Position numbers and translations under genes: made by a program | The notes under the pieces: model-generated | Told to the model about the DNA's origin: nothing | Database searches by the model: none | The model's input: only the letters and a program-made list of their open reading frames with translations | In this document: positions 34,542-40,155 of the stretch, one piece after another | Layout of the letters: the number at the start of each line of letters is the position of its first letter | Numbering within the stretch: the stretch's first letter is position 1 | Virus record (IMG/VR): IMGVR_UViG_3300010042_000007 | Coordinates: 1-40,155 of that record | DNA from: a virus | DNA: 40,155 bases | Direction: 5' to 3' (one strand)

Positions 34542-34589
34542 GAGCGGGTGGAACTGCAAGGAGACTTGCACTAGACCCGCTCACTTTTT
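34542..34589 (+). terminator. intrinsic terminator 1 downstream of the tRNA-like gene
   Basis: GAGCGGGT (34542-49) pairs with ACCCGCTC (34575-82). The inner stem TGCAAG/CTTGCA is capped by GAGA. TTTTT follows at 34585-89. Confidence 0.6.
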
Positions 34590-34590
34590 A

Positions 34591-34627
34591 GCCCGTCGAA
34601 TTCTCCACCCATTCGGCGGGCTTTTTT
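34591..34627 (+). terminator. intrinsic terminator 2
   Basis: 11-bp stem GCCCGTCGAAT/ATTCGGCGGGC with a 9-nt loop, followed by TTTTTT (34622-27). Confidence 0.75.
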
Positions 34628-34906
34628 GTGTCACCACAAACCGGCCCGCGTAGGGTTCCGGCCACGTATCAGCTCTCAAGGGCACCGGACGCGACAAGAC
34701 GCGAACGCATCAGAGGCTAGGACTCGGCAAAAGTCCTCACATTCCAACTTCGGGAGATTCGAGGGTGTGGGGCATGGAAGGACACCAAACTTAGGACAGG
34801 GGCAGACGCCGATCCGAACACCGCAAGGAGCCAAAGCGACCGAAAGAGAACCATTGCGAGCCCCGCCATGGAATCTCCCATCCTTGGACGGGGCAGACTT
34901 TATCCC

Positions 34907-35146
34907 ATGAGATCATTTAAAATATCACGTAAGAAGAAAAAGAAGCTGACACCGGAACAAGAGAACGCGTGGAGAGGCAGGATGGTGGAATCCATCAACG
35001 CCGCACACGGGTATTCGATCGCTTCTCTTCAGGCAATGGAGACAACGAAGCTGGTGGCACTGAGGAACCGCATAGGCTCTCACATCGCCCCAGCCAGGAC
35101 CGGAAAGCTGCCGGTCAACGTCCACACGGCAAAACTGATGGGGTAA
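34907..35146 (+). CDS. hypothetical protein
   Basis: I prefer the internal ATG 34907 (MRSFKISRKKKKKLTPEQ...) over track start 34868. 79 aa, first ORF after the terminators. Confidence 0.45.
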   Translation: MRSFKISRKKKKKLTPEQENAWRGRMVESINAAHGYSIASLQAMETTKLVALRNRIGSHIAPARTGKLPVNVHTAKLMG

Positions 35147-35206
35147 AACCCCGCCAGAGCTTCAGAGACAACTTTCCCCGCCAGATAAACCAACCAATCC
35201 AGTCAC

Positions 35207-35452
35207 ATGAAAAACAACACAAAGAACATGGTCATCGCTCTGATGACTCCGACAGTCGAAACGATGCGTAAAGCTGGCATCTCAAGGATGACCATCGCAG
35301 TCCCCAACGTGGTTATCCAAATGCAGGATGGTGAGGTCATCGATTTCGAGGTGAAAGACCCCGTAAAGGACACGCTCGAAACCTTGATCGCATGGTCGGC
35401 AAACGAGCTTGGTCACAAGAACGCCACGGATTTGATCGAACGCCTAAAATAA
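35207..35452 (+). CDS. hypothetical protein
   Basis: 81-aa ORF. Confidence 0.55.
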   Translation: MKNNTKNMVIALMTPTVETMRKAGISRMTIAVPNVVIQMQDGEVIDFEVKDPVKDTLETLIAWSANELGHKNATDLIERLK

Positions 35453-35460
35453 ACCCCGCC

Positions 35461-35772
35461 ATGAAGAAGAAAAATCCATACGGTCAGAGCAAGGGCGCCA
35501 CAAAAGGGTTGGAGGCCATCAAGACCTGCAACAGAATCGTCCTCGCCCAGATGAAGATCACCGAGCGCAAAGCAACGTGGACCAAGCGTTACACCAGGGC
35601 GATTGCCCGAGCCATCAAGAGCGGCGACTTCAAGGACATCATCGAGTCCTTGGCAGACCGCGCAATCGGCTTGGTGCTTCTCCGTGAGAAGGGGTATGCC
35701 CCAGAAGGCGCGTCCCTCGAATACACGGTTGCCCACGTTCCTCGGATGGCTCCACGGCACAGCGTAAAATAG
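35461..35772 (+). CDS. hypothetical protein
   Basis: I prefer ATG 35461 (MKKKNPYGQSKG...), 8 nt after the upstream stop. 103 aa. Confidence 0.55.
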   Translation: MKKKNPYGQSKGATKGLEAIKTCNRIVLAQMKITERKATWTKRYTRAIARAIKSGDFKDIIESLADRAIGLVLLREKGYAPEGASLEYTVAHVPRMAPRHSVK

Positions 35773-35901
35773 GACTCTCCCCCTTCTCCCTTTCCTCCGA
35801 TCCTTCAGAGGGAAGGTCCCTGCCCTAGTAAAGGGAGACGACTAGGGAGAAACAGCGTTTATCGTTGCCCTCCTTTCTCCCCTTCTCCCCTGTGTTTCCC
35901 C

Positions 35902-36264
35902 ATGATCACCCTCAACGAATCCACCATCAAGCGGACGTGGGCCACCTGGCACAAGGACCAGAACGTAAACAGAGAGCAGGCAAAGCGCCTGGCCGATGAC
36001 GTGAAGGCGACACAGCAGAAGCTCTCACTGGAAGCGATCGAGGCGCGGTTTGGGCGCGAGGCCATCACCTCGGGGCTCTACAAGACCCGCATGGAGCTCC
36101 GCAAGCAGGGGAACTACCGCTGGTGGCTGGTCTGGCATGAGGATGATGCTAAGCAGGGCCGTGGAACCGCGCTGGCGGTGTTCACCATGCCGGTGACGCG
36201 CATCGACAAGTTCCGGCTGGTCTGTGAATTCCACTGGGCAACGCTGGCGGTTGGGCAAAACTGA
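35902..36264 (+). CDS. hypothetical protein
   Basis: 120-aa ORF preceded by a pyrimidine-rich leader. Confidence 0.55.
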   Translation: MITLNESTIKRTWATWHKDQNVNREQAKRLADDVKATQQKLSLEAIEARFGREAITSGLYKTRMELRKQGNYRWWLVWHEDDAKQGRGTALAVFTMPVTRIDKFRLVCEFHWATLAVGQN

Positions 36265-36268
36265 GCCG

Positions 36269-36460
36269 ATGAAGCGGGCGACAAAGATGTGTGCGACTTG
36301 CCCATTGAGGGGGAAGCAAACGCCGGAGGATGTTTCGGAGGCCATCAGTATAAAGCCCGAGGATTTCCCGTGCCATGATGAACAGTATAACGCGGGCAGG
36401 GATGACATCCAGTGCCGCGGGCATTGGGAACTGCTGAAGGGGGCCAAGCATGAAACCTGA
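36269..36460 (+). CDS. small Cys/His-rich (zinc-binding-like) protein
   Basis: I prefer ATG 36269. In 63 aa, the pattern is CATCP...FPCHDE...CRGH. Confidence 0.5.
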   Translation: MKRATKMCATCPLRGKQTPEDVSEAISIKPEDFPCHDEQYNAGRDDIQCRGHWELLKGAKHET

Positions 36461-36917
36461 GCAATGGGTTTACGTCCGCGCCAGGATCGCGGGCAAATCC
36501 CCGCAAGCGGCCTTCGATGAGGCCAAGCCCGAGGCTTCCTCGCACATGCGGAAGAAGACGCCCTACATGTGGGAGAGGAACAAAGAGATTCGTGAGCAGC
36601 TTCAACTCAGCGAGGCCCGACGAATGCCCGAGCTCAAGGCAGAGGTGCGCGGCCTGATCGCTGACGTGAAGGAGGCCGGTTTGACGCGCCAGCGTAAGCG
36701 GGAAATCCTCAAGGGCATAGCCAACGATCCCCGCAAGAACCCGATGGCCCGAATCGCGGCCATCAAGACCGACAACGAAATGACGGGCGACAACAGCCCG
36801 ATCCGCATCGAGGGCGAAATCACCCTGCACACCATCTTCTCCTCACTCGGTGGGACCACGGGGCTACCTTCATCCGATGAGGTCCACGAAATCCAAACCA
36901 TCCAGTCTCCACCATGA
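36450..36917 (+). CDS. terS: terminase small subunit
   Basis: 155 aa upstream of the large terminase (one small gene intervenes). The N-terminal segment WVYVRARIAGKSPQAAFDEA is like the HTH of small terminases. Confidence 0.6.
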   Translation: MKPEQWVYVRARIAGKSPQAAFDEAKPEASSHMRKKTPYMWERNKEIREQLQLSEARRMPELKAEVRGLIADVKEAGLTRQRKREILKGIANDPRKNPMARIAAIKTDNEMTGDNSPIRIEGEITLHTIFSSLGGTTGLPSSDEVHEIQTIQSPP

Positions 36918-37210
36918 GCACAAAACCCGCCCTCCTTGCCTCCCAAGTAGCACTTCAATCGACGCACCACGGTGAACCCGTGCCGGCCGGTCACTTCGAA
37001 GACCCGCTGACGGCCAAGCGTAAGCGCGAGGCGTTCATCAACGCGGCCTTCACCCGGGAGCAACAGCAGGCCATCGGCATGATCCTCGAACGCTGGTGGT
37101 CCCAGAAGATGGCCGGCATCGACACGCAGAAGGTGATTGAGGCCACCGTGGACATGCCGCGACAGATTGCAGAGCTGCGTGAAAAGCTGAGGATTCTCAC
37201 AGGGCTATGA
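36914..37210 (+). CDS. hypothetical protein
   Basis: 98-aa ORF with ATGA overlaps at both ends. Confidence 0.55.
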   Translation: MSTKPALLASQVALQSTHHGEPVPAGHFEDPLTAKRKREAFINAAFTREQQQAIGMILERWWSQKMAGIDTQKVIEATVDMPRQIAELREKLRILTGL

Positions 37211-38838
37211 ACGCAGAAGAACAGTTCATCGCGGGCAAGGTCGCAAACCGCGCATGGAGGCTGGGAAACCTCTACTGGATCGAGGATGAGAACGGCAAGA
37301 AGGTGAAGTTCCGTCTGAACTGGGCCCAGCGTGCGTTCTTCTCCTCCATGTGGTGGCTGAACACGATCCTCAAGGCCCGACAGCTTGGCCTCTCCACGTT
37401 CATCATGATCCTCGAGCTCGACCGGAGCCTGTTCAACTCGAACCAAACGTGCGGCATCATCGACAAGACCCAGCCGGACGCATCAAAGAAACTCGCCCGC
37501 ATCGCCTTTGCCTATGATCACCTCGATGATCCTGATGACCCGACAACCGCCCACCTCGGCGCCGCGGTGAAGCAAGCGGTGGGGCTCGCCAAGGCCAACA
37601 CAAAGGAGCTTGAGTTCACCAACGGATCCAAAATCTGGTGTGGCACGTCCCTGCGCGGCGGCACGGTGCAGTTCCTCTGGATCTCAGAGCTCGGTTACAT
37701 CGCCTTCTTCGACCCGAAGCGAGCGGCCGAAATCAAGGCCGGCGCACTCAACACCGTTCACGCGGGCAACATCGTGGTGATCGAGTCCACGCATGAGGGC
37801 GGGAAATACGGGCTCAACTACGAGATGATCAAGGTGGCCCAAGCCGCCCCACCACCGGAGAAGATGACAACGTTGGACTGGCGCTTCCACTTCTACGCGT
37901 GGCACAAAAACCCGAACTACATCCTGCCCCTCGTCGGTCCGCTCGAGCTCAAGAAGGAGGAAGTGGATTACTTCAGGGACCTCGAAAAGAACGAGGGCAT
38001 CGGCCTGACCGCTGAACAAAAGCACTGGTATGTGAAGAAGGAACGGGTCCAGGGTGATGCGATGAAGAAGGAACACCCTAGCACGCCCGAGGAAGCACTC
38101 AACGCCGTCGTCACCGGTGCCATCTACGGCAAGATCGTCAGCAAGCTCCGCCGAGAGCGCCGCATCGTGGACTTTGTGCATTCATCCGAGGTGCCCCTGT
38201 ATTCGTTCTTCGACATCGGTTACTCCGACTTTGGCACTGTCTGGCTGATTCAGATGGTGGGGCGGGACATCCTGGCGCTGGATTACTACTCGGCGCACAA
38301 CGAAAACGCCGCCCACTTCGCAAACAAGCTGGTGGAGTGGGAACGGGAGTACGGCCAGCCCATCGTCTGCGACTACCTGCCCCACGATGCGGACCACAAG
38401 GAGAAGGGGAGCGGCAAGAGCTTCCTCGACTTCTTCAAGGAGGCCGGCCGCAAGACGACGAAGATCGTGCCCCGCGTGCCTGACCTATGGGTGGGCATCA
38501 ACGCCCTCCGTGCGCTCCTCCCCCGCTTCATGTTCCACCTGACCAAGACCGCCGTGGAGTTCAAAGGCGTGGACGTGGTTATGCCCTCGGGGATCACCTG
38601 CGTCGAAGCGTATCACACGAAGGTGGACGACTCCGGCGCCACGATCCAAGAGGCACCAGTGCATGACGCCTACTCCCACGGAGCCTCCGCCCTCCGCACG
38701 TTCGCAGAGGCCCACATGCGCGGGATGCTTGAAGGCACGTCGACCACCGCCCGGGAAACCCGCACAGGGGAGCGCAAGGTCATCACCGGCCTGTCAACCC
38801 ACCGGCCAATCACACGCGGCTTCCGCGTCATCAGGTGA
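37207..38838 (+). CDS. terL: terminase large subunit
   Basis: 543 aa. LNWAQRAFFSSMWWLNTILKARQLGLSTF is the typical TerL ATPase N-terminal signature. A nuclease half follows, with FFDIGYSDFGTVWLIQ...LPHDADH. Confidence 0.85.
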   Translation: MNAEEQFIAGKVANRAWRLGNLYWIEDENGKKVKFRLNWAQRAFFSSMWWLNTILKARQLGLSTFIMILELDRSLFNSNQTCGIIDKTQPDASKKLARIAFAYDHLDDPDDPTTAHLGAAVKQAVGLAKANTKELEFTNGSKIWCGTSLRGGTVQFLWISELGYIAFFDPKRAAEIKAGALNTVHAGNIVVIESTHEGGKYGLNYEMIKVAQAAPPPEKMTTLDWRFHFYAWHKNPNYILPLVGPLELKKEEVDYFRDLEKNEGIGLTAEQKHWYVKKERVQGDAMKKEHPSTPEEALNAVVTGAIYGKIVSKLRRERRIVDFVHSSEVPLYSFFDIGYSDFGTVWLIQMVGRDILALDYYSAHNENAAHFANKLVEWEREYGQPIVCDYLPHDADHKEKGSGKSFLDFFKEAGRKTTKIVPRVPDLWVGINALRALLPRFMFHLTKTAVEFKGVDVVMPSGITCVEAYHTKVDDSGATIQEAPVHDAYSHGASALRTFAEAHMRGMLEGTSTTARETRTGERKVITGLSTHRPITRGFRVIR

Positions 38839-39194
38839 CACCCTACGAACTCGCACAGCGGGTTTACCATTGGGAGCCATGCGCCAGGACCTTCGAGCAT
38901 GATCGTGACTGGCACCTGATGCATGGATTCGTGTTCTCCACGCCTGAGTTCTTTGCCATGGGCAGGCCAGTGGTCCAGTCGGCACCGGATGCGGTGATCG
39001 TCGGACTGAACCGATTCCCCGCCACCGTTTGCGATGCGTGGCACATCTATCTCGTCGCTGGTGATATGTCCAAAGCGTGGGGCATTCTACCATGGGATTT
39101 GCCCTTCGTGACCATCGAACGGAGGAACGTCTTGAAAAGATATAGACTTGACTCCATTCGTCGCCTATCGGGCGCTCGCCCCATCCTCCCATGA
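38835..39194 (+). CDS. hypothetical protein
   Basis: 119-aa ORF with a GTG start in a GTGA overlap with the terL stop. Confidence 0.55.
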   Translation: MTPYELAQRVYHWEPCARTFEHDRDWHLMHGFVFSTPEFFAMGRPVVQSAPDAVIVGLNRFPATVCDAWHIYLVAGDMSKAWGILPWDLPFVTIERRNVLKRYRLDSIRRLSGARPILP

Positions 39195-39442
39195 AAAACC
39201 ACGCTCTACAGCATCAAGGCAGTCCGCGGGCATCGCTCCCGCTTCAACGTCAATACAAGGGCGGCAGTGCTCCCAAGCCGCCCGCGCCCATTCCTCCCGT
39301 CTCCCAGAGCTCAACCGAGGTCGGAGACGCTGAACGCCAGCAACGCCTCGCCCAAGCCAACCGCAAGGGAATGAAATCCACGCTCCTTGCCGGCGGTAAT
39401 GCCAATGCGGCCACCACCGGCCCCAAGTCCCTCCTCGGTTAA
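39191..39442 (+). CDS. hypothetical protein (small pre-portal protein)
   Basis: 83-aa ORF with an ATGA overlap. Ends in ...KSTLLAGGNANAATTGPKSLLG. Confidence 0.55.
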   Translation: MKNHALQHQGSPRASLPLQRQYKGGSAPKPPAPIPPVSQSSTEVGDAERQQRLAQANRKGMKSTLLAGGNANAATTGPKSLLG

Positions 39443-39446
39443 TCCC

Positions 39447-40155
39447 ATGAAAACCCCGCGCATCAAAGGCACGCAGCACAACGAGGCTCTGGAGATCATC
39501 CAGCGATATGATCGGCTGAAGGCTGACCGCGGGACATGGGACACGCTCTGGCAACAGATTGCCGACTACATCCAGCCCCGAAAGAGCGCCATCAACACGC
39601 GCAAGACCGAGGGTGTGGATGGTTACACCGACAACCTGTTCAACCTCACGGCAGTGCGGGCCAACCAAATCCTTGCCAGTGGTCAGATGGATTACCTGTT
39701 TAGCGGAAACTGGTTCTCCTACAGCCCGCCCTCTGAAATCACTGATGACGATGCCAAGACGTATTATCAGACGTGCACCGAGACGGCGAAGCGGGAACTC
39801 CTCCGGTCAAACTGGAACCTCGAGGTGCATGAGATGCTCCTGGACCGCGGTTGCTTTGGAACGGCCGCCCTCCTCCTTGAGGAAGGCAAGCGCGGTGGTC
39901 TGGTGTTCCACAAGTTCGACGTCGGCACGTTCGCCATTGTCGAAGACCACGAAGGCCGCGTTGATACGTTGATCCGTGAGTTCGAGCTCACTGCCCGCCA
40001 AGCAAAGCAGAAGTTCGGAGCGGACAACCTTGGACCCATCCTCACCAAAGCGGTGAGTGATCCCAAGAAGTGCGATATGAAGTTCAAGTTCCTGCACTCG
40101 GTTCACCCGCGTGAGGATGAGGACCGTGACCCGAGTAAGATGGATCCGGAGAACA
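39447..40155 (+). CDS. portal / head-to-tail connector protein, N-terminal part (runs off the window; continues at base 124 of the window via the terminal overlap)
   Basis: I translated by hand from ATG 39447 to the window end and found no stop. It is absent from the ORF track because it has no stop in the window. The last 123 nt duplicate 1-123. Confidence 0.85.
   Translation, partial: MKTPRIKGTQHNEALEIIQRYDRLKADRGTWDTLWQQIADYIQPRKSAINTRKTEGVDGYTDNLFNLTAVRANQILASGQMDYLFSGNWFSYSPPSEITDDDAKTYYQTCTETAKRELLRSNWNLEVHEMLLDRGCFGTAALLLEEGKRGGLVFHKFDVGTFAIVEDHEGRVDTLIREFELTARQAKQKFGADNLGPILTKAVSDPKKCDMKFKFLHSVHPREDEDRDPSKMDPEN
40033..40155. repeat. terminal overlap copy 2 (identical to 1-123)
   Basis: Base-by-base comparison of both window ends. 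Confidence 0.95.

Noticed and set aside
34412-34627. tmRNA, or a phage attP carrying a host tRNA fragment.
   Set aside because: Against tmRNA: there is no internal tag ORF and no pseudoknots between the acceptor halves; the anticodon position is a simple 26-nt hairpin. Against an att remnant: both halves of the tRNA core are intact and no integrase is present in the genome.
34626-34910. 94-aa plus-strand ORF in the spacer after the terminators.
   Set aside because: The translation is Arg/Gln/Thr/Gly-rich and non-protein-like, starts inside the terminator T tract and has no coupling to neighbours. I treat it as a non-coding leader or possible late promoter region.

Overview
The window is a complete, circularly closed phage genome. 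Bases 1-123 are identical to 40033-40155, giving a unit length of 40,032 bp. The duplication cuts through the portal gene, so it is an assembly or circular-permutation overlap, not a biological end. The DNA is GC-rich (most hand-sampled 60-nt lines are about 60-72% GC) and the layout is podovirus-type. The plus strand carries the late operon, running from about 34.9 kb through the junction to 21.3 kb. It encodes five small genes, small and large terminase, two small genes, portal, scaffold-region genes, major capsid, a decoration-like protein, and a T7 gp11/gp12-like adaptor and nozzle. These are followed by a GNAT-like protein in the gp13 slot and three internal-virion/ejection proteins; the 1815-aa one carries an ADP-ribosyltransferase-like module. 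Next come a gp17-N-like fibre adaptor, an SGNH-esterase fibre on a low-GC island, a second fibre, a DUF1353 protein, a lipoprotein, a TM protein and a strong terminator. The minus strand carries the early/replication operon (34244 down to 21268), with about 25 tightly coupled genes and many ATGA/GTGA/TTGA start-stop overlaps. It encodes small early proteins, an Ala/Asp-repeat protein, a coiled-coil protein, an SSB-like protein, a PD-(D/E)XK nuclease and a primase-helicase. It also encodes Dam-like and C5 DNA methyltransferases, a PIF1/RecD-like helicase, a SWIM protein, a DnaA-domain-IV-only protein, and RusA-like and HNH-like proteins. I see no DNA polymerase, RNA polymerase, integrase or recognisable endolysin. 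The most unusual element lies in the divergent control region between the two operons: a plus-strand tRNA-like gene (34412-34494). It has a textbook tRNA core and alanine identity marks (G3:U70, A73), but a GNRA-capped extended helix in place of the anticodon arm. Two intrinsic terminators follow it, immediately upstream of the late operon. All family assignments rest on motifs recognised by eye; no searches were run.
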